Assembly: GCA_964544585.1 (NCBI GenBank) | Contig: CAZJBV010000004.1 | Coordinates: 5,169 to 69,168 of the forward strand | From: an uncultured Gammaproteobacteria bacterium | Lineage (GTDB): Bacteria; Patescibacteriota; Microgenomatia; 2-02-FULL-39-11 | Direction: 5' to 3' | Length of the DNA stretch: 64,000 nucleotides | Shown: piece by piece, positions 1 to 8,957 of the stretch | Position numbering within the stretch: the first letter of the stretch is position 1 | Layout of the letters: each line of letters starts with the position of its first letter | The notes under the pieces: model-generated | What the model was told of the DNA's origin: nothing | Database searches by the model: none | What the model saw: the letters and a program-made list of their open reading frames with translations, nothing else | Made by a program: the position numbers and the translations under genes

Positions 1-294
1 ATCCCTACCGTCAAAGGTTACAACAGCACTTGAAAGTTGCCAGGTTCCGTCCCGCCCTTGACGCCTTTCGACAGGAAGCAGTAGTTTCTGAATCTCAAAA
101 GGAAAATTTTCTTTCTCCAATAATCCAACCGCTAATTTCCCCAAGTTTGTCTCTAATGCGTTTTGGAAATCAGGTGTTCGGATAAAATCAAAACTACCTT
201 CCCGTTTCGGTCTTCCACTACCAGCAGAAGTAATATCCACCTGAAATTGTTGAATATGCTGAGCTACATCTCTTTCTTGAATTTGTCCTGCCAT
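1..294 (-). CDS. hypothetical protein, partial (runs off left edge)
   Basis: Manual translation from ATG at 294: MAGQIQERDVAQHIQQFQVDITSAGSGRPKREG..., 98 open codons to the window edge; not in the ORF track because no stop is in the window. Confidence 0.6.
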   Translation of the reverse strand, partial: MAGQIQERDVAQHIQQFQVDITSAGSGRPKREGSFDFIRTPDFQNALETNLGKLAVGLLEKENFPFEIQKLLLPVERRQGRDGTWQLSSAVVTFDGRD

Positions 295-299
295 ATGGT

Positions 300-325
300 A
301 AAAAAAGCGTCCTATTTAGGACGCT
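300..325 (-). terminator. intrinsic terminator-like hairpin
   Basis: AGCGTCCTA-N2-TAGGACGCT inverted repeat (306-325) followed by a T-run on the minus strand. Confidence 0.45.
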
Positions 326-405
326 GTCAAAAATTTATCCCGAATACTCGGGAAAATAAATAATTTAAATTTAAAGGCAGAGTATTTCATACTTGACTAT
401 ATTAT

Positions 406-435
406 ATTGTATCATACTATATTTCATTTTGTCAA
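406..435 (-). promoter_or_regulatory. sigma70-type promoter
   Basis: TTGACA (430-435), 18 bp spacer, TACAAT (406-411) on the minus strand. Confidence 0.45.
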
Positions 436-512
436 CACTATAGGATAACATCCTGGATATCTGACTTCGACCGTAAGTATATCATATTACTTCAATGACA
501 ACAAGTTCGTAA

Positions 513-2009
513 TCATTTTGAAAGAATAAATCCATCAAGCATAGGACGAGTATAAGTACCTTCTACATACTGTCTCTCACCATCTGGAAGCGTATCTATT
601 CTTTTATTGACTACATAGTTTGTGTTAGTTTTTTTTAAACCTTCTGCAAGCGACGGCTTATATGGCAAAATCCTCCAATATTGCCCAAACGGTACACAGC
701 AATAGTAGTATGGATCTCTAAACTTTAATGCATAACCTGAAAGATCAAACACAAAACTCCCCGCGGGAATTTCTGCCTCGATTCGTACTATCTGCTCAAG
801 TTCATTTATATTAGTCCAGACGGCCTTTGGCAAGTTAGTTCTTTGTGCAGAGTAGAAAATTATTGCTAATATAACTAGATTAAACGCAATACCCAAAAAC
901 TTTGCCCTCCTCTGTAAAAATTCACCCGCAGAATTTATAAAATCAGCAAAGAATAGCGACACAAAAGGCACCAATGGCACCAGATACTGTGAATGTTTTA
1001 AAGGAAAAACGTACATAAATCCGTACAAATTAAAGAAAAAAGAGGATGCCAATAAAAGAACTGCCGCCTGCTTCTTAAAGCCATCTTCTGCTAAAAATCC
1101 CACCATTCGGAAAATCGCAAAAATCGACCCTGTTATCCAAATAAATAAATTTACATAATATTGAAAATTCATCCCACCCTCACCGTAAAATGTCTGATTC
1201 GGCCAGAAAAAATGAGTCGGGAACATATAAAACGAATGGTTGTAAATAGTCACAAGCTCAAGCGATGCATCCGATGCTATCTTCGTCATAAGGGAAAAGG
1301 CATACACAGGATTCCCGCTTGATACTGCAAAAAGAATAATACCCAAAACAGGAATCAAAAGCCCCAATGTCCATACCCCAAAAAACCTCAGTATTTGCTT
1401 CCATTCCTTTTTTTTAGTCAAATACCAAAAGCCAAACATCAAAAGGGCGGGAGGTATAAAAAAAATTGTTTTGGGGATTATCCCAAAACTAATTCCATAA
1501 AATAAACCAGATAAAAACAAAAACAAGTTCCGCAAGGCGAGACCCTGAGAAGCTAAAATGAGGAAAAATATCCCAACAAATGCTACTGCAGTTGCTGGAA
1601 GATCCGGTCGTATCTCTATCATTTTGTCATATGGAATTGGAATAAATGAAAGAAGAATAATAGCCAGAAGCCCCACCCAACTATTCCTTACTATTCGCCC
1701 AAAAAGAAAAACAACGGCAAGAAGTATTAAAAAAAATACAAATATTACTACTCGCGCTTCTGTAACTACCGTAACTGTCTCACCAAAAACTCTCCATAAA
1801 AATGAAAGAAGAAACAAAAAATAGGGCGGGAAAATATAAAAAAAATCCGTATACGGCATTTGTCCCGCAAAATAATTATGACCCCAATGTAGATGTGCCA
1901 ACTCATCCGCATCAAAATACCTAGTTAATCCAAACCTCAACCTCCAATAAAGAAAGTACACCAAAAGAACAGATCCAAACGCGAAAACTAATTTTTGTAA
2001 TAGCCGCAC
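513..2009 (-). CDS. GT-C fold (ArnT/PMT-like) membrane glycosyltransferase
   Basis: Many TM helices, acidic DADE motif in first external loop, EIRPD motif, small C-terminal soluble domain; GTG start 7 nt after TATAAT. Confidence 0.75.
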   Translation of the reverse strand: MRLLQKLVFAFGSVLLVYFLYWRLRFGLTRYFDADELAHLHWGHNYFAGQMPYTDFFYIFPPYFLFLLSFLWRVFGETVTVVTEARVVIFVFFLILLAVVFLFGRIVRNSWVGLLAIILLSFIPIPYDKMIEIRPDLPATAVAFVGIFFLILASQGLALRNLFLFLSGLFYGISFGIIPKTIFFIPPALLMFGFWYLTKKKEWKQILRFFGVWTLGLLIPVLGIILFAVSSGNPVYAFSLMTKIASDASLELVTIYNHSFYMFPTHFFWPNQTFYGEGGMNFQYYVNLFIWITGSIFAIFRMVGFLAEDGFKKQAAVLLLASSFFFNLYGFMYVFPLKHSQYLVPLVPFVSLFFADFINSAGEFLQRRAKFLGIAFNLVILAIIFYSAQRTNLPKAVWTNINELEQIVRIEAEIPAGSFVFDLSGYALKFRDPYYYCCVPFGQYWRILPYKPSLAEGLKKTNTNYVVNKRIDTLPDGERQYVEGTYTRPMLDGFILSK

Positions 2010-2045
2010 ATTTGTGATTATACAAGAAATTGTTAGACTTAATGT

Positions 2046-3569
2046 ATGGACTTCACGACTCGTTTCTACATCCTCACTACACTCATCATCTTCTTTGCCA
2101 TCATCATCCGCATCTTACCTCTATTAAACAACAACTTTTACTTCACCATGGACCAAGGCTACGACGCCGTCAATGCCAGAGAAATTCTCCGAAGCAAAAA
2201 AATAATCTTAACCGGTCCAGAAACAAATGTAAAAAATATCTTTGCAGGCCCAGGTTGGTTTTATTTACTCTCCCTTGGTCTTGGCCTTTTTGCTGGCCAT
2301 CCTGCTGGAGGAATAATCCCATTGATCTCTCTTAACATCATTCTCACTTTAATTTTAATAATAATAGTATCCCATAAAGTCTCACCCCTCTGGGGTCTAC
2401 TAATAGGTTTGAGCCTACAAATTTACTGGTGGTTTTATGACACCTCACGGTATGCCTTCAATCCTTTCCCCAATGTATTCTTGACAGCCTTAACAATTCT
2501 GCTTCTTGCGGGAGAAACAGAAAAGAAAAAAGAACTTTTCATTATCTCAGCAATCCCAGTTGGTCTAGCTTTCCATTTTGAAGTAGCATTTACCGTCGTT
2601 TTAGGCTTGTTCTATTTAACTGTTGGAACCATTTTTTTACTCAGAAAATCAATACGGTTTCCTGACCTAATTTTTGGCCTATCTATGATAGTAGTTGTCA
2701 ATACGCCATTTATTCTCTATGAATTGAAAACCAATTTTTCTCAAATTAAAGCTTTTTCCAATCATATGTTTGCCGAAGGCGGTACATTTTCCCAAACTCA
2801 AGAAAGAATTATCATCAACGAATACAAAGAAATTGCCGGCCAATCGATCTTTCCTCAGCATTCAATCCTTGGTACAGGATTACTCCTTCTCTTAATTGTT
2901 AGCTACATTCGTCAAAAAGACACAAATGCATGGAGAAAAAGAATCGTTTTCTTTACTCTTTTACTAATTATTATTTCCTTCCTTTTTTTTCTCACCAACT
3001 CAGGCTGGAGACAGTGGCATACAGCACCAATTCCAGTAGTTATATTTTTTAGTATTCTTCTCATCTTCTCTACATTCTCATCAAAAACTTCCATTATCGC
3101 AACTCTAATCATATTTATTCTCCAAAGTATTTTCTTCTTCAATAGATATAAAGAATACCTTTATGTAAAATCGGATTCCGGTATTTTAAAAAACCAAATC
3201 GCGGCCATCGACTGGATATATAAAGAGTCAAAATTACAGGGTTTTTATGTCTATCATTATGTCCCCTCAGTATACGATTACAATTTTCAGTACACCATAT
3301 TTTGGCATGGTAAAAATGCATATGGATATGTTCCTTGTGAATACGCTACAAATCCAGGCGCACCGGAAGATCTCATTATTCCCGGTTGGTCTTATTACCA
3401 ACATCCCAAAAAGAAGTGTACGCCCCTTAGATTTCTTATTATGGAAAAGGACATAAATGGAGCAATCGATCAAAAATGGTACGCTGAAGTTATAAAAAAT
3501 ACCGATCTTTTAAAAACAGCAAAATTCGGCGATCTACTTGCGGAAAAAAGAATTATTAAAAATAATTGA
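2046..3569 (+). CDS. GT-C fold (ArnT/GT83-like) membrane glycosyltransferase
   Basis: FTMDQGYD loop-1 motif, GP..T...GP.WFY, SRYAFNP, polytopic. Confidence 0.75.
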   Translation: MDFTTRFYILTTLIIFFAIIIRILPLLNNNFYFTMDQGYDAVNAREILRSKKIILTGPETNVKNIFAGPGWFYLLSLGLGLFAGHPAGGIIPLISLNIILTLILIIIVSHKVSPLWGLLIGLSLQIYWWFYDTSRYAFNPFPNVFLTALTILLLAGETEKKKELFIISAIPVGLAFHFEVAFTVVLGLFYLTVGTIFLLRKSIRFPDLIFGLSMIVVVNTPFILYELKTNFSQIKAFSNHMFAEGGTFSQTQERIIINEYKEIAGQSIFPQHSILGTGLLLLLIVSYIRQKDTNAWRKRIVFFTLLLIIISFLFFLTNSGWRQWHTAPIPVVIFFSILLIFSTFSSKTSIIATLIIFILQSIFFFNRYKEYLYVKSDSGILKNQIAAIDWIYKESKLQGFYVYHYVPSVYDYNFQYTIFWHGKNAYGYVPCEYATNPGAPEDLIIPGWSYYQHPKKKCTPLRFLIMEKDINGAIDQKWYAEVIKNTDLLKTAKFGDLLAEKRIIKNN

Positions 3570-3577
3570 TCCCAAAC

Positions 3578-4156
3578 TTATTCCACTTTGTATATGTAAT
3601 AATTCATCTTCTCTCCTCTAAAATTAAAACTTTTCTCCAAATTACAACCCATTTTTTTATAAAAAAAATTTGCTCCTATATCTTTTTCGTATGTACTCAC
3701 CCGAAAATATTTTATTCCTTTTTTCCTAAATTCTCTTTTTACTTTTTGAAATATTTTTTTTCCCCAACCCTTTCTTTGATGTGATGAATCAACAGCCATA
3801 GAAAGTAGTTCTGCTCCACCATTAGAAAATCCGGAATAAGAAAGTGTTTCCCAAATTTTACCTATGCTCGTAGGATGTAAAAATAAATGCTCAATTAGAG
3901 CCTTAAAAATTCCCCAAAAATTATTTCTTATTACCCGCAAATGCAATCTTTCTATTTCATCTGTTAACGAAACAAAACCTACTATTCTATCGTTATTTTT
4001 TGCCACAAATACAAATATACCTGGGGTCTTTAATAGTGATTTTGAATATTCATAAAGAAATTTTTTCCCTAATTTACTTAAGAGACCAGATGAAAGTTCC
4101 TTATATCTTATATTTACTACCTCATCTATATCTTCGTATTTAAAGGGCACAATCAT
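3578..4156 (-). CDS. GNAT family N-acetyltransferase
   Basis: Acetyl-CoA motif AVDSSHQRKGWGKK, and ANFFYKKMG. Confidence 0.85.
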   Translation of the reverse strand: MIVPFKYEDIDEVVNIRYKELSSGLLSKLGKKFLYEYSKSLLKTPGIFVFVAKNNDRIVGFVSLTDEIERLHLRVIRNNFWGIFKALIEHLFLHPTSIGKIWETLSYSGFSNGGAELLSMAVDSSHQRKGWGKKIFQKVKREFRKKGIKYFRVSTYEKDIGANFFYKKMGCNLEKSFNFRGEKMNYYIYKVE

Positions 4157-5403
4157 ACAAAATATTTAAACTTTATAATCGTTTTTACTATTTGACAAAT
4201 CCCATATCCCGCAAATAAAAAAACAATGGGATACACTGGCAATGTATAACGCTCTGCCCCCACCGAGAAAAGATGTATAAATGTTGTATAGATAAGAAGA
4301 TACATACACAAAAAATAAAACCGATAATCTACCTCTTTTTTACTTTTATATAGACCAAATCCGCAAAGAAAAATAATTATTAAATTTGACCAATATATAA
4401 ATGATAAAAGGAGTTTATTTTCTAACGTGTAATAAGGAAAAATTTGATATTTCTCCCAGATATATTTCATCTTCCGAAGGCGACTCAACAAAAACTCTCC
4501 AGGATCATTTTTGACCTTTTCCATACTTAGCTTTAAATATTTTGTATCCAAATCATACTTAGTCACATCTCTCCATTTATTTCCATACTCAAAATACATA
4601 TTGTTTAACTCAGGCGGATAAGCGGTAGTCTTTAAAAGATCGTCCGTGTAAAGTGAGGCATAAAATTCCTTTACTGCTAAATTATCAATTGTCACCAAAG
4701 ATATTTTTCTGTACACTTTAAAATTTGCGATTAGGCTGTACAAAAAGGGAATTATAAAAAGCAAACCCCCAAAAAAATATATAAAAAACTTTTTATTAGT
4801 CCTCTTTTTTCTCATAATTAAAAATGCAATAAAAATAATCGAAAGTGAAAAATACAAAAAACCTGGCCTCACTTGAGGAAGAAAACCTGCAAATAAAGCC
4901 AATAAAAAAAGACTCCTTTTTTCCTCAAGTTTAATAAATAATAAATAAAGAGTTACCAATAAAGTCAGAAAAAAAATGGCATAAATCTCGCTCAAACGTA
5001 CTCCCACATATGCCGCCGTAAAAGGATTGAATAAATATAATATAAACCCTAACCAAGCCACCAATTTATTCCCAAAAATGCGCCAGCCAATATAAAATAT
5101 CATCAGTGATACCAGGGCATCCAAAACTGCTTGTAAATAAATCCAAACAATCGTATTTTCTGTTCCAAAAATTGAATAGATCATTGCAAGAACTATCGGA
5201 AAACCATATTGCCTATATGGATGAGCTGCAATAAAAAACGGAGAATCTTTTATTTTAACGGCTAACTCATGATATTCTGTCTGATCCAATATGAAAGACT
5301 GGGGGGAAAAATACGCTAGTAAAAGGCGAAAGATTATGCCTCCCAAAAATAAAAAAACTATTAAAAATATAGAAAATATTTGCCTTGGCATAAGATCAAT
5401 CAT
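4153..5403 (-). CDS. GT-C fold (ArnT/PMT-like) membrane glycosyltransferase
   Basis: DQTEY loop motif, R.YG.P, LSE, QVRP, ERYTLP; start moved to ATG 5403, which overlaps the upstream stop. Confidence 0.75.
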   Translation of the reverse strand: MIDLMPRQIFSIFLIVFLFLGGIIFRLLLAYFSPQSFILDQTEYHELAVKIKDSPFFIAAHPYRQYGFPIVLAMIYSIFGTENTIVWIYLQAVLDALVSLMIFYIGWRIFGNKLVAWLGFILYLFNPFTAAYVGVRLSEIYAIFFLTLLVTLYLLFIKLEEKRSLFLLALFAGFLPQVRPGFLYFSLSIIFIAFLIMRKKRTNKKFFIYFFGGLLFIIPFLYSLIANFKVYRKISLVTIDNLAVKEFYASLYTDDLLKTTAYPPELNNMYFEYGNKWRDVTKYDLDTKYLKLSMEKVKNDPGEFLLSRLRKMKYIWEKYQIFPYYTLENKLLLSFIYWSNLIIIFLCGFGLYKSKKEVDYRFYFLCMYLLIYTTFIHLFSVGAERYTLPVYPIVFLFAGYGICQIVKTIIKFKYFV

Positions 5404-6496
5404 AGAAATCCACCACACTCTTTGCAATCTGTAAAACTTCTTTATTTGTCATTTCAGGATAAAGAGGCAAAGAAAGTATCTCTTGCGATGCCCTTTCTGC
5501 CTCGGGAAAATCTCCCTTTTTGTATCTCAAATTTTTAAACGATGACACTAAGTGTATCGGCACTGGATAATGTATCGCCGTCTGTATCCCCTTCCTATCC
5601 AGATACTCTTTCAACTCATCTCTCTTTTTTGTCCTAATCACAAACAAATGATAAACATGCTTAGAATAAGAAGATTCAAAAGGCAATATTATTTGATATT
5701 TGATATTTGATATTTGATATTTGATATTCTCTGATATCTCTCTTCTCCTCTCAATCCATCTATCCAAATATTTCAATTTCACCAAGAGAAATGCCGCCTG
5801 TAATTCGTCAAGCCTTGAATTCTTCCCCACCAAAACACTTTTATATCTTTCTTTCTCACCATACATTCTCAAAAGTCTTAGTTTTTCATAAAGCCTTGTA
5901 TCATTCGTCACCACCATTCCCCCGTCACCAAATGCACCCAAATTCTTGGTCGGATAAAATGAGAAACAACCTATATCTCCAAAAGATCCAACTTTTTTTC
6001 CATTTATTTCAGCCCCTACTGCTTGAGCACAATCTTCCACCACAGGAATACTCCATTTTCTCGCTATCGCTAAAATTTGGTTCATCTCGGCAGGATTTCC
6101 ATACAAATGTACCGGTATTATTGCTTTTGTTTTTTTATTTATCGCCCTTTCCAATTTCGTTGGATCAATATTGTAAGTTTTTCGATCTATATCCACCAAA
6201 ACTAGTTTTGCACCAGTTGCTGCTAAACCAAATGCACTAGGATAACTATTTGCAGGCATTATGACTTCGTCTCCTTCCCCTATCCCTAATGCTAAAAGTG
6301 ATAGAGTCAAAGCATCCGTCCCCGACGCCACTCCCAACGCGTATTTGACTCCTATGTATTCGGCAAATTTCTTCTCAAACTCTTCTACTTTTTCACCGAG
6401 AATAAATAGTCCTTGCCGCAAAACATCCTGAAAAATCTCTATATATTCTCTCTCAAGTTCTTTATTTTGCCTTTTTAAATCAAAAACAGGAATCAT
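5396..6496 (-). CDS. DegT/DnrJ/EryC1/StrS PLP sugar aminotransferase
   Basis: SGTDAL, VHLYG, EDCAQA, FSFYPTKNLGAFGDGG, NSRLDELQAA; start at 6496 (MIPVFDL) or 6508. Confidence 0.95.
   Translation of the reverse strand: MIPVFDLKRQNKELEREYIEIFQDVLRQGLFILGEKVEEFEKKFAEYIGVKYALGVASGTDALTLSLLALGIGEGDEVIMPANSYPSAFGLAATGAKLVLVDIDRKTYNIDPTKLERAINKKTKAIIPVHLYGNPAEMNQILAIARKWSIPVVEDCAQAVGAEINGKKVGSFGDIGCFSFYPTKNLGAFGDGGMVVTNDTRLYEKLRLLRMYGEKERYKSVLVGKNSRLDELQAAFLLVKLKYLDRWIERRREISENIKYQISNIKYQIILPFESSYSKHVYHLFVIRTKKRDELKEYLDRKGIQTAIHYPVPIHLVSSFKNLRYKKGDFPEAERASQEILSLPLYPEMTNKEVLQIAKSVVDFYD
5690..5728. repeat. heptamer tandem repeat (TATTTGA)x5.6 inside DegT CDS
   Basis: Read directly; encodes NIKYQISNIKYQI. 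Confidence 0.95.
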
Positions 6497-6536
6497 ATTG
6501 ACTATCATTTTTCCTTATATTACAACATTAGAACTA

Positions 6537-6707
6537 ATATCGAAATCCACTTTCGTCACGAAAGACTTCAGGTTCGAGAGAAACTGGTGAGAATCGACGA
6601 CGGAGTATATGGCAATATACTTCTAGGAGATTCGAACCCTGCCTGCCGGCAGGCAGGCAGTTGCAGCCGAATCCTGAAGGCTTGCAGTAGAAAGGGGATT
6701 TTGATAT
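6537..6707. repeat. long nested imperfect palindrome (MITE/RPE-like hairpin element)
   Basis: Successive arms ATATCGAAATCC/GGATTTTGATAT, CTTTC/GAAAG, CTTCAGG/CCTGAAG, AACTGGT/ACCAGTT, GAATC/GATTC, GGAGTATAT/ATATACTTC. Confidence 0.75.
6638..6657. repeat. perfect 20-bp palindrome CCTGCCTGCCGGCAGGCAGG, copy 1
   Basis: Identical copy at 59803-59822; GC-rich in an AT-rich background. Confidence 0.95.
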
Positions 6708-8007
6708 GAGTTCTTATACGTTGAAAAACTACCTCAAATTATCTCCTTTTATCATACTCATGGCTGCCTTGGCCATCCGTATATTATTTTTTCTCTCTAC
6801 TCCAAACTACACCCTCCATCCAGATACTTTTGGTTATTTTGAAGTTGGAGATGATATCTTAAAATTTCCCGCAAAATATTTCTTCAATGAAAGGCGGACA
6901 CCTGTCTATCCACTATTTGTCAGTATTATTAAAGTAGCTACCCCAGACGCGATTTACTTCTGGATAATATTTATCCAAACCCTTTTAGGATTACTCACTC
7001 TTTACATCCTCTATAAAATCATGTCCCTTTTAAATACATCCCCAAAGTTTAAATTATTTTTACTCCTTTTCTTCTCTCTAAATCCCCTCATCTTTGCCTG
7101 GGAACAAGTACTCCTCACAGAATCACTTTCTATATTTTTACTTACGCTATCTTCCTACATTCTACTTCTTTTTATAAAAAAGCCAGATTTTTATCATCTC
7201 CTTCTTCTTTCTTTATCCTCAATTTTTCTATTTCTATTAAAACCCATATTTTCCTATTTTCCCATCATATCGGCCATATCAATTCTTCTTTATAAACCGA
7301 CAAAACAGAAATTAGTTTCGGGAATAATTTTTCTTACTATTTTCATTTTAGTTTTGATTACATATATCAATCACAATAAAACATATTTTTCTTATTCTGG
7401 CATAAATAGGACTACTGATATTAATCTTCTCGGTATGATAATCAAATTTAATTTAGATACCGAAAAAGCTAAAAATATCGGCGGTTTCCATCAAAAACTT
7501 ACGGAATATAAAAAAATAAATATTGAGCCTCAACCATACCGTTTCCTTGAATATTATGATCCGCAAATTTATGCCAAAAATGAAATATTCCAAAATCTGC
7601 AACAATTCAATAAGGAGGTGCTTCTTAGTAATCTACCTATTTATATCAAAAAATCTCTTTTACAATATTCGGAAGCCACTCTTGAGATAAGTCATACCAT
7701 TCCCAAGCCAAAAGATGAATCGATTTTCCGTCCGTTTTTCATCATTTTGGAAAATATCGCCGCAAAAACACTTTTTATAAACTTCCTCACATTTCCATTA
7801 TTAATCTTTTCCCTCTACCGCTTTTTAAAAATAAAATCTCTAAAAAACTTTGCCATATTTACAATCGGTGTAATATGCACCCTCCATATCCTCACTTCCA
7901 TCTTTTTTTCCTACAATGAATTTGGTCGCCTCATTACTCCCACCCTTCCCCTTCTCTATCTTTTTAATTTTTATTCACTCCAATATCTTTTTTTATTTCT
8001 TTTATAA
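6706..8007 (+). CDS. GT-C fold membrane glycosyltransferase candidate
   Basis: PDTFGY, RTPVYP, LLTES, LLKP motifs, polytopic; start uncertain because the ATG lies in the hairpin element end. Confidence 0.7.
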   Translation: MSSYTLKNYLKLSPFIILMAALAIRILFFLSTPNYTLHPDTFGYFEVGDDILKFPAKYFFNERRTPVYPLFVSIIKVATPDAIYFWIIFIQTLLGLLTLYILYKIMSLLNTSPKFKLFLLLFFSLNPLIFAWEQVLLTESLSIFLLTLSSYILLLFIKKPDFYHLLLLSLSSIFLFLLKPIFSYFPIISAISILLYKPTKQKLVSGIIFLTIFILVLITYINHNKTYFSYSGINRTTDINLLGMIIKFNLDTEKAKNIGGFHQKLTEYKKINIEPQPYRFLEYYDPQIYAKNEIFQNLQQFNKEVLLSNLPIYIKKSLLQYSEATLEISHTIPKPKDESIFRPFFIILENIAAKTLFINFLTFPLLIFSLYRFLKIKSLKNFAIFTIGVICTLHILTSIFFSYNEFGRLITPTLPLLYLFNFYSLQYLFLFLL

Positions 8008-8951
8008 AACTCAATCGTCTGTCTAATTCCTTCTCCTAATGAAACTTTTGGCTTCCAACCAAAAGTCTTGGTCATTTTAGAATAATCCGCTATATAGTCT
8101 CCTATTTCTATATCTTTTCTATCTTTAGGGAAAGGGACCTTTTTATACGCTCCTTTTCCTAGTATTTTTATTACCTTTTTGACAAAATCTTCCAAAGAAA
8201 CAGGTTTCCCTCCTAAATTGTAAGCTTCTCCCCATCCCTTCAAGCTTCTTCCTACCATTAAAAGTGCCTCCACCACATCATCTATATAATTCACATCTCT
8301 TATTTGCTTTCCGCTGCCGTATAGAGTCACTTTTTGCCCGTCCATAATCTGCCTTATAAACCAGTTTAATACCCCTTGCCTCGGATGTTTCATTTGATGC
8401 CGAGGTCCATAAGTATTGGTCATCCGCAAGGATATTGTCGGTATTCCATACACACTTGTATACATTAAATGATATTTTTCGGCTGCGATATTATTGATTC
8501 CATTAATATCCGTTGGCTCCATCGGATGATCCTCAGTCACTGGCAAAAATTTAGCTTTTCCATATTGATTCCTCGTCCCTGCAAATATAATCCTAGTTTT
8601 TGGATTGTATTTTCTCACCGATTCCAAAAGCGACAATTGTGCACGGCAATTTATCTCGAGATCAGTCATCGGATCATTCATACTATCGATATGAGACAAA
8701 GTTCCAGCCAAATTAAAAATGATATCCTTCCCCCTCACCAGTCGATCGATAAGATCCTTATCTCTCACATCACCCTTCACCCACCTCACTTTATCTTTAA
8801 TAGCGTCTATATTAAAAAGATTCCCGCCATATGAAGAAATCAAGGCATCAATCAAAGTAACCCTTGCTCCACTTTCGACCAATCTAATTGCCAAGCTACT
8901 TCCTATAAACCCCAAACCCCCCGTGATTAAAATTCGTGTATTCTTATACAT
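7971..8951 (-). CDS. NAD-dependent epimerase/dehydratase (extended SDR)
   Basis: GGLGFIG Rossmann motif, LRMTNTYGP, RDVNYIDD; the usual YxxxK position reads NGINN. Confidence 0.9.
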   Translation of the reverse strand: MYKNTRILITGGLGFIGSSLAIRLVESGARVTLIDALISSYGGNLFNIDAIKDKVRWVKGDVRDKDLIDRLVRGKDIIFNLAGTLSHIDSMNDPMTDLEINCRAQLSLLESVRKYNPKTRIIFAGTRNQYGKAKFLPVTEDHPMEPTDINGINNIAAEKYHLMYTSVYGIPTISLRMTNTYGPRHQMKHPRQGVLNWFIRQIMDGQKVTLYGSGKQIRDVNYIDDVVEALLMVGRSLKGWGEAYNLGGKPVSLEDFVKKVIKILGKGAYKKVPFPKDRKDIEIGDYIADYSKMTKTFGWKPKVSLGEGIRQTIEFYKRNKKRYWSE

Positions 8952-8957
8952 AATACG

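Noticed and set aside
163-363. 66-aa plus-strand ORF and the many short antisense ORFs in the track
   Set aside because: They are shadows of longer, motif-bearing genes on the opposite strand or in another frame, with no recognisable motifs.
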